From assembly GCA_965112155.1 (NCBI GenBank), contig OZ218105.1: a DNA stretch of 64,000 nt. One strand, 5' to 3'. Within the stretch, counting starts at the first letter, position 1. The number at the start of each line of letters is the position of its first letter. This document shows, one piece after another, positions 25,076 to 38,784 of the stretch. The position numbers and the translations under genes are program-made. This DNA comes from Podarcis liolepis. Its lineage: Eukaryota. The notes beneath the pieces are model-generated. The model was not told the origin of the DNA. It was given only the letters and a program-made list of their open reading frames with translations, and ran no database searches.

Positions 25076-26066
25076 AGCAGCTAAGACTGATCTGTTAATT
25101 CAACTCGTGTCCCCAGCGTTCTCCTAGGGTTAAGGCACTCCTTTGTGCTTTTATTACACCAATTTCTACCTTTTTCTAATTAAATAGCTTCCTAGGAGGA
25201 AACTATTAGGACATCAAAATTCATGCCAGATGCAAAATACACACCTCCTGAGCAATTGCCAGCACAAATATTGCTGTTTAAAATTTACAGCACAGTGTAA
25301 AACAAAGGCAAATCTCTGTCATCATTCAATTTGAGCAGAAAAGTCCCACTAGTCATATATAGCTAAATAGATTTCCTCTCCTGCTTGCTAAGGCCTCGCA
25401 ATCTAGGAAAACGTGACTCGTGATCCTGCATACATCTTAATATGCAAAAATTATGGAGGAAATAAACAAAATGAACCCAGGAATGCACAGGGCACCTGTA
25501 AAATCTTCTCTGGACCAGTGACAGAGCTGCAGTAATAGTTTGAGAAGTCACCAAGGCAACTTCTAAATGTGGTTTAGCAGATTTCACCACCACCATCACC
25601 AGATGCTTCTTCACTGCACTGGACATTGCTATAGCTATAGTGAAAATTAGCCTTCGGGGTTGGTGGGTAAGATACGCCCAGCCTTCTTTAAGCCAGTATT
25701 TGGCATCATCAAATTATGCTCCCTAAGAGGTCATTCCGAAAGGTTTCAAATGCTCTGTTCAGCAACTGGCCTAAGCTCACAAGTGATGGCTGTGACTTGC
25801 TAATTGGGATTCCCATAATATCCACATCCCTTTGGCTTCCTAGAATATGTGTGCCCTTTGCCACACGGTGGCCTCATATGATCTTACAGCAAGGTGATGC
25901 AACCTGGTAAAAGTCAACCACGTTAGTTGTATGACAGCATGGAGACAGTGAACTTGGTTGAACTGGGAGCACAGAGTGGGGTTGTTGAAGCCTCTCCCAC
26001 TTGCTCTTCCCATCTGCAATCCATTGCTGTCCCCATGCCACCCAGCTCATGATAGATCAGCTAGTC

Positions 26067-26377
26067 CAGGGGCCAGCAAACTTTTCCACTGTCCCTCAGA
26101 CCTTGTGTGGGGGTGAACTATATTTTTTTTGGGGGGGGGGGAATGAACGAACTCCTATGCCCCGCAAATAACCCAGAGATGCATTTTAAATAAAAGCACA
26201 CGTTCCACTCATGTAAAAACACCAGGCAGGCCTCACAAATAACCTAGAGGTGCATTTTAAATAAAAGGACACACTCTACTCATGTAAAAACACACTGATT
26301 CCCGGACCGTCTGCGGGCCGGATTGAGAAGGTGATTGCGCTGGATCCGGCCCCCGGGCCTTAGTTTGCCTACCCATG
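26067..26377. mobile_element. hAT MITE with internal ~71-bp tandem repeat
   Basis: CAGGGGCCAGCAAACT...AGTTTGCCTACCCATG ends; 8-bp TSD AGCTAGTC/AGCTAGGC; caaataacc-agag-tgcattttaaataaaag...ctcatgtaaaaacac twice. Confidence 0.85.
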
Positions 26378-29300
26378 AGCTAGGCAGTGTGGACAGACGA
26401 GCAGAGCTCCCCAGGGCTTGGCAGGCCTCACAGAATGGCTGAGGGTCAGGGGTTGCATTTGGAAACTGCACCAGCATCATTTAATAAAAAAGCAAGCGTC
26501 TACAATATGCATAAGGCTGTAAATTCGTACTGACCATAGACCTAGGCTTCATTACACTGGACTTCACACACCCTCAAATAATAACTGATTGCATTTCCAA
26601 AGCTTAACAAACAAGTGAATTAAAAGTGTATCACATTTGGAGTTGTGTTTTTTGGGTCTTTTTTGCATCCAATAGCAAAGTTGAAGGGGAGTTTTAACTG
26701 CCATTTGCACACTTCCCTTCTGAATTCCAAGTACTGGTACATCTGGTGGCAGATTTTAACCAGTCAGCTAAGGAAGGGAACCAACAAAAGAATCCTGGTT
26801 GGACACAGGGCTTAAGTCAGTTCTGGCTTGTGATCTAGAAGCAAAACAAAACTATCTAGTGCATCACCTTAGCCTACTACTGTGGTGAGTAAAGTACTCA
26901 AAATATTCCTTCAATAAATCCATTATCAGGATTTATTTACATTTACCAGGGTCAGGACGGGAGGACACTGGACTTAATGGAGCTCACTTATGAGAAAACA
27001 TGTACTTAAGACTGACTTTTAAAAAGGAAAAGGAAAACTGCAACTAGAAAACTGCCTGATGTTAAAAGCAATATACGCAGAGGATGATCTCGCATACTGA
27101 GGGAATTTTTCTTCTTCTTTTTGTGAGGGAGGGTAGTGTATTTATGTGTGCTGTGTACCCAGAAATACATTTCTCCTCTCCCCATTCCTTATAAGTGAGT
27201 GCGGGTTGTGTTTGGAACAGAGAGGGAGGTTTTGCCCTCCCCTCCTTGCAAATGTTGTCCAAAACTGTTAAAAGTGATTCACTTAAGTGGGAGAAACCAC
27301 AGTGGCGTATCTGAAGACACAACTGGAGTACCTGGTACCTGACCCATTGACACCAGTCCTTAAGTATTAATGTTATCTGCACAATCCTAGGTGCCATTTT
27401 TCTTGGTCACTGTGAAGCGTGACAGAATATTGGGAGCTTTTATGGAGATGCTAATCTAGAAGGACCTTTATATATGCAAATATATCTCAGCAACAGAAAT
27501 TGCTCTATGGATTACTTAAGCATTCAATGCAACCATTATACGTTACCTTTCGGAATAATAATAAAGACTACGCTTTATGTAGTCAAGGATTTTTTATATG
27601 TATTCATTTATGAGCTGTTTGCTGAAAGAAGTCTCAGAGGCAAAACTCTTGAGTGGATAAAAATTTAGAGTGCATTCTGCACTGTGGAACATTTACTTTT
27701 TGAAATGGGCCTGCTTTCCTTAGGTACTACTTAAGGAAGCATTAGGACTTAACCGCAGTTGGATTTGGTTTTGTCTTTGAGAATAAAGAATTAAAATATT
27801 ACCCATGCCACAGAATTATGCCACTGGAATTGAATGTGTCTATATTTATTTTGAATCCAGAGATAAGATTATCACTTGAAACCAAATGGATGGACATTCT
27901 ATTAGAATGTACAGACTCTGCTTTTTGGGTAAAAAAAAAAAGTTCCAAACAAATTGAAGGGCAGTGAGGGCAAATGGGGTAATGGGCAGGGAGAGTAGAA
28001 GGAAAACAACACCACGATGAAGCAACAGCCAGGGGAACAATAGGGGCAGCACAGCCGTGTGAACATTTGGCATGTTGAGTATTTTTCAGTATCTGTCAGC
28101 CTGCATCAATTGTGCTCCTTTCAAAGCACATATCAAATTTAGAGAACATTGACACAGCACTAATATATTGTCTCTATGTGAATTGGACCTGAACTTTGAT
28201 ACACTTGATTTTTCTTTTGTCTCCTGCTGTTCTGATAACAAGCTTTCTACATTTCCTAATCATATGCACTCTTTCTTCCTGGAATTTCAGACCTGGGTTA
28301 TTTCTCCACTAAAATATGGAAAACCCTAGCACACATTCTCAAAAGGAAAAGGAATAAAAAATACCTTAGAGATGTGATCATGACATTTTTTTTAATATTA
28401 AAACCAAGGTTTATATCCTGCCTTATTGCAGAAGCTAACACCCAAAAAATATATAAATTGTGGCAGTGAAATTGTGGGGGGGATCACTGATTTCTAGCCT
28501 GTAATGTAGCTGGACTTAGCATTGACTAAAAGAAGACAGGAAATAGCATATGGGCAATGGGGGCAATGGGGGGATTTCATTATAAGCAGGAGGAAAGCTA
28601 ATAATTAATAACAGATGGTAATAAATGATTTATGTGAGAGTATATTGGGGTTTCTCAGAAATAAATGAAGGTCTTGGTCACATAAGATACAAACAGCTTT
28701 CAACATGTGTCCATTGGCTGGTACATCTGGGCAAAGAAATGAAGAACCCTTTTATTTAAAATGTAGAAATACAAGATGGGTTTTTAGCTACTTACAACAT
28801 TTGGGCTTTTCCTGTACTCTACCATCTGTTCTGCTATGAGCAGCAACCACAATGGTCTTATAAAACACAATGGAGAGAAACAAGTTAACTGTGAAATGAA
28901 ACTTGGTACAATCAGAGTTACATAAAGTAGATTTATGTTCAGCAAGACACCTTTAAATATGTGCCTGGCCAGAGCAGGACAGCACAGTGTACCTTAAAAG
29001 TTAAAGCATAAACCTTCCTGCTTCAGTTATAAACATACTTGGGAATCTGTGATGGCAGCTTCCACCCAAGATATTGGGCTGGGGGGGTGCACAAAGATAC
29101 GGATGTAGAGAAATAATCAGAAATGGATATTTTCCTTTTATCTCGTAACGCTAGCTATTCCAAGGGACACAACCTAATGAAGTTCATCTAGGATAGAAGG
29201 GATGATGCAATCTGGTGCAATTTCTTTAGAACTTTTGGGTGACTGACACCTAGGCTTAATATTGACTCAACCAAGTCCTTAGAATGAAGTAACTCCCCTA

Positions 29301-29510
29301 TAATCAGAAGGGGAGGCCCTGATGGGGCTGCTGCAACTGGCTGCAGTTGGCCCTGACCCATCATAGGGCAGTGGACCTCTACGAAGAAGGAGGAACTGCT
29401 TCTACGATGTTTATCTGCATCTGATGCTTAATGATACCCAGGAAACTTAGGTGCCGCCTTTATTCTTGGCTAAGGTGTGCTGCCAGTCCAGTGTCTCGCT
29501 TCCTTCCCTT

Positions 29511-29867
29511 AAAGGTAACGGTAAAGGGACCCCTGACCATTAGGTCCAGTTGTGACCGACTCTGGGGTTGCGGCGCTCATCTCGCTTTATTGGCCGAGGG
29601 AGCCGGCATAGAGCTTCCGGGTCATGTGGCCTGCATGACTAAGCCGCTTCTGGCGAACCAGAGCAGCGCACAGAAACGCCGTTTACCTTCCCGCCGGAGC
29701 GGTCCCTATTTATCTACTTGCACTTTGACATGCTTTCGAACTGCTAGGTTGGCAGGAGCAGGGACCGAGCAACGGGAGCTCACTCCATCGCAGGGATTCG
29801 AACTGCTGACCTTTTGATCAGCAAGTCCTAGGCTCTGTGGTTTAGCCCAATGCGCCACCCGCATCCC
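29511..29867 (-). mobile_element. Sauria SINE (subfamily A), downstream unit of a dimer
   Basis: Antisense full-length copy abutting the next SINE. Confidence 0.95.
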
Positions 29868-30246
29868 AAAAGGAAAAGGACCCCTGGGCGGTTAAGTCCA
29901 GTCAAAGGTGACTATGGGGTTGCAGCGCTCATCTCACTTTCAGGCCGAGGGAGCCGGTGTTTGTCCACAGACAGCTTTCCAGGTCATGTGGCCAGCAAGA
30001 CTAAACCGCTTCTGGCACAACAGGACACTGTGATTGAAACCAGAGCTCACGGAAACACCGTTTACCTTCCCGCCGGAGCGGTACCTATTTATCTACTTGT
30101 ACTTTGACATGCTTTCGAACTGCTAGGTTGGCAGGAGCAGGGACCGAGCAATGGGAGCTCAGCCCGTAGCGGGGATTTGAACCGCCGACCTTTTGATCGG
30201 CAAGCCCTAGGCTCTGTGGTTTAACCCACAGCGCCACCTGCGTCCC
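29868..30246 (-). mobile_element. Sauria SINE (A-type head, B-type body), upstream unit of a dimer
   Basis: Antisense copy; TSD TTCCTTCCCTTA at 29500 and 30249 flanks both units. Confidence 0.93.
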
Positions 30247-31519
30247 TTTTCCTTCCCTTACTATGCTTCATTTCTACCCTCTATGCATAGAGTCGACTGG
30301 CCATGGAGGATGACAGCTTGTGCAATGGAGAGCAGCTGAGGCTGCAGGGCAGCAAATGGCCCTGTTTGCGCTCGCACGATGCTTATTGCAATGCTTCAGT
30401 TCCCTGTTGCAAACGTAGGATTCATTTAGATTATGGCTGCATTTTTAAAGGAAGGCTTTTCATTCCTGATAGCATCTGGTCAATCATTATTAAGTCGTGT
30501 ATTTCTTACGAACAGTTGGGACGTCTGCTAATATTACATGATATGCTCTCTATTAAAGAACATCTAGGGGTTTTATTTTCCCAGAAAGAATAGTGAATGG
30601 AATTCTTACGAGCAAACCAGTATAAATGCAATTTCATCAAAATCAGGACTGAAATCTTTGTGTTATGCGATTTTCCTGGAGTCAACACCTAACTCTGAAC
30701 AGAACTGGACTCTGAGTCACGATCTGGATGTTTGCTGGACTGCTGCATTGTGATTTTGATTGTTTGCTAAGCCTTTCAATTTCAGCGCTGTCTTTTATTT
30801 TCAAATGCTTGCTAAACGGCATTTTAAATTGCTCCTGAATCTTTTAAAAATGCTTCTGAAGGGCATTTAAAAATAACTATTTTGTGCTAATAATGAATTA
30901 TTGTTTCAAAACAAACAATTAGAAACCCTGCTGTAATACCTGACAATAGTGTAATACTGACAAAGGAGTGATTTTGATATCTGACATGCCCAGGTCATGA
31001 TAAACCATGGTTTACTGAGACTTGAGAGAATGCTCTTGCTTCACTCCCCTGCCCCTGCCCCTAAGTATCAGCAACAAACTACAATATCAGGCTTAGCACT
31101 ATGTCCAAACCAAGGACTATAATTTGTTTCAGTCAAAGAAACCATATTTGGTAAGCCAAGAACAAACCTTGGCTTCAAATCATGTTTTGTTAGGAGTGTG
31201 AAACAAACCACAGCCTTCAGTTTGGATATACTGCTAAGCCAGGGACCATGGTTCATAGTTTCTATTCATGTGAGGAGTGAAGAGAAAGCTGTCTAAACAT
31301 TCACAGTAAACCACTAACTGTGATTTACCATGACATGCAAGTACAGCCAGTGTTAGCTACTCATGAAATGCCTCTTTCAAATGGTTCCTTGGCCATGTAC
31401 TCTGTAGTAATGACATGTCACAGTTTGTTATCCAGGAAGCTTGTTTGGAGTTGCATCTGTGAGAGCAGGACTCCACGGGAATCTAGGAGGAAGTGGATGT
31501 AGAGCAAGTGGCAGTAAAG

Positions 31520-31655
31520 CAGGTACAGGCAAAGTCAGCCCTCCAGATGTTTTGGGACTACAACTCCCATCATCCCTAGCTAACAGGACCGGTGGTCAGG
31601 GATGATGGGAGTTGTAGTCCCAAAACAGCTGGAGGGCTGACTTTGCCTATGCCTG
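31520..31655. mobile_element. Palindromic hAT MITE
   Basis: Near-perfect hairpin; TSD cagtaaag/cagttgag (6/8). Confidence 0.85.
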
Positions 31656-33738
31656 CAGTTGAGCATAGCCATTGTATCTAGTAGACATCTATAGCCTTTT
31701 CCTCCATGCATCTTTTAGGGGTGCAGAAGACCTTTGGAGGGATGGGTGGATGGATGGATGGCAGTGATGCTCGTGGGCAGGGATGTATTTGGATATATGA
31801 GAGGACTCATTTCTCAGTGAGCATGCCATCTGCACAGGGCCTTAGAACTGGGTCATTTGCTGTCCAAGACACTGGCTCTGCGGCTAGCATTTTGCACTGA
31901 TGTTTTGTGTGGAGAATGTGTGCACGCGTCCGCGTTCACACATGGAAATCTTAATTATGGGAAATTGCAAGACCTAAAAGCCCCTTTTTGTGCATTCAAG
32001 TTCTATCATTGATAATAAAGGAAGGGGGAAATAGCATTTGAAAAGAAAGGGGCTTGTAGCAGCAACCCCAAGGAGCTAGCAAATTCATATGTATCATTTT
32101 CTCATATTTACTTGATGGATTTAATTCCACTCTATTCAGTGGGCTCAGAGTTGCTTGTTCCCAAATCATTATCAAATGAAATGATTTGAGGAATAAAAGA
32201 GGCTGAATTAAATTTTTAAAAAATGATTCTTTATAGCCATAAAACCTATTGAAACAACAATCTTGAACAACCATATCTTACTGTACACAATCTGTTGCAA
32301 TAAGCATCAAACTGGGGGTAAAAGGGCAGAGTCAGCGACTTGTTTGTACTCTGTTACACATAAGGAGAACCAAAAGTGGTTTATCATTTAATGCTTTAAT
32401 ACCAGCCAATAAAATAAAAATTGCTTACAGCAGCTATATCAAGGAGTGTTCGACCACAAGGCCATTCTATACTGTCTACAAATTGACTTTTCAGTGATCT
32501 TGGAGTAGAAAACCAATCTTTTGAATGATTCGAGGAATGTCCATACCACAAACCATCATTCCATGCCAAAGCAGTTTTCAAAGTTTCCCCCAACCAGCTT
32601 TTCCACAAGACAACAGTCCCATGAAGAAAGAATGTGCATTTAACTTCATGGATTTGGTCCTGAGTGACAATCAGACAGTTTGCGAGGTGTATTTACAAAA
32701 CTAAGTTCACTCACAGAAACCCACGGTAGAGGAGGTCAATTGGATGCCACCGTATAAATATGACTGGTGCTGACTGCCTTTTACCCCCAGTTTAGAATGT
32801 GTGCTTAAATGTACTTTAGGTTGCCTGAAGTGTTCTCACGACTTTATAGAACCAAGTGGCACACGTGCGGAATACATTTTCACTGAGTTGAATCCTACGG
32901 ACAGAAACTGCAGCCAAATAACTCAGTTCTACAATAATATATCTTACTTCCAACGTATAAGGCTCGGGATTCTTTGGTACATGCCTAGATACTCTCACAA
33001 GTATCTGCAAACCCAGATATACGCACTTCACACATATCCTCAATTACAATCAAGCTAATGAGCCAATAAATCAAATCACAGGCTGAACCTCATTATTTTA
33101 GGCATCCAAGTTCAATTTGCTTACTAATGGCTGCATGGCTGCTTTTAATAGATGTGCTATTAAAAAGTAAACATAATGAATGAATAACTATTTAGGCATC
33201 ATTACCCTATAAAGATGAAAAATTTCAAAGAATGCGGAACCCATGGAAGCTACTTACTTTTTTTTTTATTGTGGAAAAATGCTAATCATAAACTCAGATC
33301 GCAAACGTAAATTACACAGAGGGAAAGAGCTAGTAAAAGCATCATCAGGTCTATCCCAACTTCATATTGATGTTGAATGAGCTGAAATGGCTAGTTTGTA
33401 CACACATAGTTGTTTGTCCTGAAACGAACAGTACAGATGAGGAAGCAATTCCTCACCCCCACCAATTTGGCGTATTTTGGGGGTTCCGAATATACCCAAA
33501 CAAGATTTTGATTTCTCAGTGGCCTCATGTATCATTGCATTGTACAACATGGACACAGCGACATCCCAATCTTTAAATTTGTCGTGGCAAATTCTCCTGC
33601 GTTGGGACATGACAACATCACAGTGAAAGCATGCAGCCCACAGCCCACCCAAAGCAAGGAACTTCACGAATGATTCCTTAATCCTGCGTATGTATTAGAG
33701 AGAGAAATGCTTTTGAGTGGAATTGCAACATTTTCTAG

Positions 33739-34219
33739 CATTGGTGGATCTTCGTCTTCCCACAACCTCATGGGCCAACTTTGACAGATGGCCAGCCCCA
33801 CCCACTTATAAATCATCTGATGTCATGATGGTGTCTAGTGATTGGCAGGTGGGTGGTCCACCCATCATAGTGGGTCCACATGGGTAGGGCGAAAGGTCTT
33901 CTTTGCCAACGTTTCTCATAGGGAACAAACTAGCAAAGCAGAACCGAGGAGGGCTGGGCACTCTGCTGTGCAGCTGATGAGCAAGGGTTTCATCCTGCTT
34001 GCTGCAGAGGTCTACTTCGCCAGTGAGCTCCCCGCTGAGAATGTGCTAGCAAAACAGCATGCAGCAGGAGGAATCCCTGCCCTGCTCAAGCTGACATTCC
34101 CCAGTGACGTCAGCCAATGGGCAGGTTGGTGTGGTTTGGGGAAAGTGGCCTCACAGGCCCATGTTCAACCTCATGGTGGGCCAAGAATGGTCTGTGGGGC
34201 CAGAGGTTCCTCATCCCTG
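33739..34219. mobile_element. Old hAT-like non-autonomous element
   Basis: 3' end gggccagaggttcctcatccctg resembles hAT/Charlie termini; 5' end degenerate. Confidence 0.35.
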
Positions 34220-35417
34220 CATTACAGCACACCTGGGCTGAACAGAAATGTTGACTATCAGGGGCAGTGATGGTGGTGGCAAGGCTGCAGAAGTGGTGTC
34301 TCAGATGGGAGGAAAGGATGCTATCTACTCATTCGGATGCCGTCTTGCCACCTGGTCCCCCTTCAATATTGCACTAGTTTTGAACCTCGAAGGGATTATT
34401 ATATTACTGCAGTTCCTTTCCATCTGAAATAGCGTTGTGTCAAATCATTGCTATGTTCCCTGCTACCCCTTTGGACCTCATGAGTGCAGATAACATGCTC
34501 TTGCCACCTGGGGATTAGCTTCAGGGCCACTCTCAGACGATTTTGCATCTCTTTGGTGGTTCACCCTTCTCTTCCTTCCCAGCTCTTAGCATGCAGCGAT
34601 GATGTATTGTGAGCCTAGTTTCAGATGTGCTCCAGCCTTTGGAGCCAAAGACTGCAGTTGGTTGTTAGCCCTGGTCAAGGCAAGGCAAGGCACCCCACCC
34701 CCAAGCCTGTGACATTCTGCCATTATTAATCCACACTGGATCTGGGGCTTGGCTCAGTGAGTTCTGCACATATCCATGAGCTTTGGGCAGTTGCCCACCT
34801 TTGCTGTGTGCTGGCTCCAGCCATGTCAGCCAAGCAACTCCCAACGTTGCGATTAGGAAACATATTGCACCATGCTGTGGAACTCCCTAGACTTTCCACA
34901 AAAACCGAGTGCTGGAGCATCATCGCATAAATCTGTGATACTTGTATTTGTCCAGATTTGTTTACTCTTCCAGCTTTTCTCCCAGGCCTCCCACTTGCAA
35001 ATTCTTCTCAAAGCTGTTTAAGCAGAACTAGACGGGCAGATTCCTTTTGGAATCGCAAGCTCTTTCCCACATGTCTTATGCAAATCAACAAGCCTGAGAC
35101 GTCTTGGTAGCCTAACCATTTTTGGAAATCAGTGCACACAGCATGTGGCGGTGAAACCTCTGTGCCATTTTCAGTTAATATTGATTAGGTGAAATCAATA
35201 AAATTAAAGACGTGTGTGTGTGTGTGTGTGTGTTTTGCCACCACCTACAGAAAAGTGAGATGAATTTGCACATACAGACTGCTTGCAAATGCTACTGATT
35301 CAAAAGTTAACCTTAAAAATATTCATCAAATGAAGTGTGCGTCAAGAAATAGGATATAAGCTGCCTTTGCATTAAGAATGAGCAACTTGCCTCTTTCTTC
35401 ATGCAGATGCCTACATA

Positions 35418-35750
35418 GAGAGCCAGTGTGGTGCATAGCTGTCAACGTTTCCCTTTTTTAAAGGGAAATTCCCTTATTCCGAATAGGATTCCTCCCAAGA
35501 AAAGGGAAAAGGTTGACAGCTATGGTGTAGTGTGGTGGTTAGAGTGTTGGACTAGGACCTGGGAGACCAGGGTTCAAATCTCCACTCAGCCAGGAAGCTC
35601 GCTGGGTGACCCTGGGCCAGTCACTGTCTCTCTTCTCAGCCTAACCTCACGGGGTTGTTGTGAGGACTAAATGAGGAGAAGGGGAACTATGTGTGCCACC
35701 TTGAGCTCCTTGCGGGGGGGGGGGGAAGTGGGCTAGAAATGCCATAAATA
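35418..35750 (+). mobile_element. tRNA-derived CORE/MIR-type SINE (Squam3-like)
   Basis: gagagccagtgtggtg...gtggttagagtgttggactaggacctgggagaccagggttcaaatc...gggtgaccctgggccagtcac...cctcacggggttgttgtgagga. Confidence 0.85.
35434..35524. mobile_element. 91-bp hAT-like MITE nested in the SINE A box
   Basis: Perfect 13-bp TIR CATAGCTGTCAAC / GTTGACAGCTATG; TSD gtgtggtg/gtgtagtg (7/8). Confidence 0.85.
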
Positions 35751-35848
35751 GGCCGCCATTGAAATGGATGAGAGTATCACAACGCTGCTGTAAACAAAGG
35801 GAAGCAGAACTTCCAGGCATTGCTCTCTGCAAGCTCTCACTTTCCTTA

Positions 35849-36223
<375 letters not shown>

Positions 36224-36271
36224 TCAGCCATGCCTGCTAATTTTATGCCTCATCCCCCAAAAAAGGAAATA

Positions 36272-36515
36272 CAGTCATATCTCATGTTACGTTTGCTTCA
36301 GGTTGAGCATTTTCAGGTTGCGTCCTGCGGCGACCCAGAAGTACCGGAAAGGATTACTTCCGGGTTTCACCGCTTGCACATGAGCAAATGCGCAAAATGA
36401 TGTCATGCACATGTGCAGAAGTGGTGAATTGCGACCTGCACACGTGGGTTGTGTTCTTCTCAGGTTGTGAACAGGCCTCTGGAACAGATCCCGTTTGCAA
36501 CCAGAGGTACCACTG
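36272..36515. mobile_element. Tigger-like MITE, second subfamily
   Basis: CAGTCATATCTC...GAGGTACCACTG; TA TSD; related to 59837-60096 in the opposite orientation. Confidence 0.85.
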
Positions 36516-38424
36516 TATAGATCAGGAGTAGCTAACATGAAGCGCTATGGATGTTGCTAAACTATAACTTCCACCAGCTCCAGTACCTCGCAATGAAGAG
36601 CGCAAAATCTGCAGAGGAAACTAATGAACCAAACATAGTGCAGTTAGTGCACCTATTGTTCTCCATATGGAAAGAACCAGTCAAAACCACAAACAAAATC
36701 CCAAAGCAAGGTACAGGTACAGGTTGAAGGTCAAGGTTGGAAGCCTGTCAGAATACGGGTGACATTTCCAGATCACAAAGCAACCTTCCACTGAACACGT
36801 TGTTTCCAAAGTGGCACCTGTAGCGTTCGCACAGAGCCTCTGGTCATTCCAGGACTATTGACCCTGCACCACGGCTTATCTCTTCCACTGCCACTAACCA
36901 GGTTTCTCAGGTAATATATTCAGACCCAGTCAGGTTGTAGCACATTAACAAAGATTCCAGTTTATTGTGAACGCAAACAAGTTCTAAATACTTTGAAACA
37001 CTTGTAATCCAATTCACTCTCTCTGTCTCTCCTCTGTCTCTGACTCCTATGCCTCCCACCCACAAGAAACCAACCGAAATAACTGCCAAAACCCATGTTG
37101 TGCCTTAAACACAGTTAGGCTCCGCCCCTGGGCTTTCTTATTGGTCAGTCTATTAACCCTTTCTCTCTCCCCCCCCCCCCAGTATGACATCTCCATAATG
37201 AGTGGGCAAACGCCACATTAGCCAATTAGCAGATGCAGATAAAAGACTGCATGAAATCCTGCCTGGCAAATTTGAAAAGCAGAGGACCCTGTTTCTCTTG
37301 GCTGACCAACGCACTGCAAGTCACTCTGCTCTAGGTAGGAGGGAAACATAACAGGTGGAATTCCAGTTCCGTTCCGTCCCCCCCAGCCCACCTGGGAAAT
37401 ATCTGGAAGAAATGACGGCCTATTTGAGTTTTGGCTAGCCATTCTTTCAATATTGCCAATTGCTTGCTTTGGCAATCAGGCTGTTTTCCCCCCACATGTG
37501 GTCAGATGCCTTTTTCTTTTTGGGACATCTGTTGCATTGCTTGTTCCTTAAAACAGCTGATATTCCCTGTGTGCTGCGTGGCTGTGAAGAAAGGTTGTCC
37601 ACATGGATCAGCCCGCATAGATCAACCCACAAAATCCAGACAATGGAAAACACTTCTAGATTAGCACTATTACTACTACCAGGTTAGTAAGCAAGTAGCT
37701 CCAGATAACTCAAGCAAAAAAAAGCAACTTTGCAAATAATTATCATTGTTGGCAGTGATGTTGTGCACCTAGATTAACTACAGAGATAAGTATCATCACC
37801 GCCGTTTAAAGAAATGGATGACAAATGAAATGCCAGACTCCCATAATTCTATAATTACAGTGTAATGGCAATTAATGCAATCTTATTTCCTACTAGAAAT
37901 TATGTGAAACGCTAAAGGGACCACTGTGCCTTTTAAGACTCACCCTTATCATCAAGTTGCATCTCGTCTATCATTATCCAAAATATAATTGAAAGACCAA
38001 AAAAAAAAAAAAAAAGCCAAGCAAAAACAAACTTGGCAGGCAGCTCTTAATTGCTCCTTTCCTATCTAGTATGAGGCTTGTCAGCAAATCTCAAAAGAAA
38101 AGCACAACGGTATGTGTTGACATTCGATCTCCACTCATCACTACAAGCCCACTTTGAGCATCAATCACATTTGTTAATAAGTGAAATGGTGTGAAATACC
38201 AACATTTTAAATTACTGGAATGCTGTTTCGCTATTGTCAAAAATTCCAGAGACCTTTCTTTTTAAAGGGGGGCGGGGGAGAGAATAACGAAGAATTTAAT
38301 CCATGCATTTCAGAGATGGGGTGGCAATCATAACCATACACTGTCTTCCATATTTCCCTGTATACAACTTGTCTTCACTACTACTAGTCTTTGTAAAAGA
38401 CTATAGGAAATCCATCAGGATGAA

Positions 38425-38784
38425 TAAAGGTAAAGGTAAAGGGACCCCTGACCATTAGGTCCAGTCCTGAATGACTCTGGGGTTGCGGCGCTCATCTCGC
38501 TTTATTGGCCGAGGGAGCCGGCGTACAGCTTCCGGGTCATGTGGCCAGCATGACTAAGCCACTTCTGGCGAACCAGAGCAGCGCACGGAAACGCCGTTTA
38601 CCTTCCCGCCAGAGTGATACCTATTTATCTACTTGCACTTTGACGTGCTTTCAAACTGCTAGGTTGGCAGGAGCTGGGACCAAGCAACGGGAGCTCACCC
38701 CGTCACAGGGATTCGAACATCCGACCGTCTGATCGGCAAGCCCTAGGCTCTGTGGTTTAACCCATACAGCACCACCTGTGTTCC
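38425..38784 (-). mobile_element. Sauria SINE (subfamily A)
   Basis: Antisense full-length copy; TSD ATCAGGATGAATA. Confidence 0.95.

Noticed and set aside
30985-31340. aaaccatggttt-rich quasi-palindromic stretch (similar near 1680-1810)
   Set aside because: Probably an old MITE, but ends and TSD could not be defined
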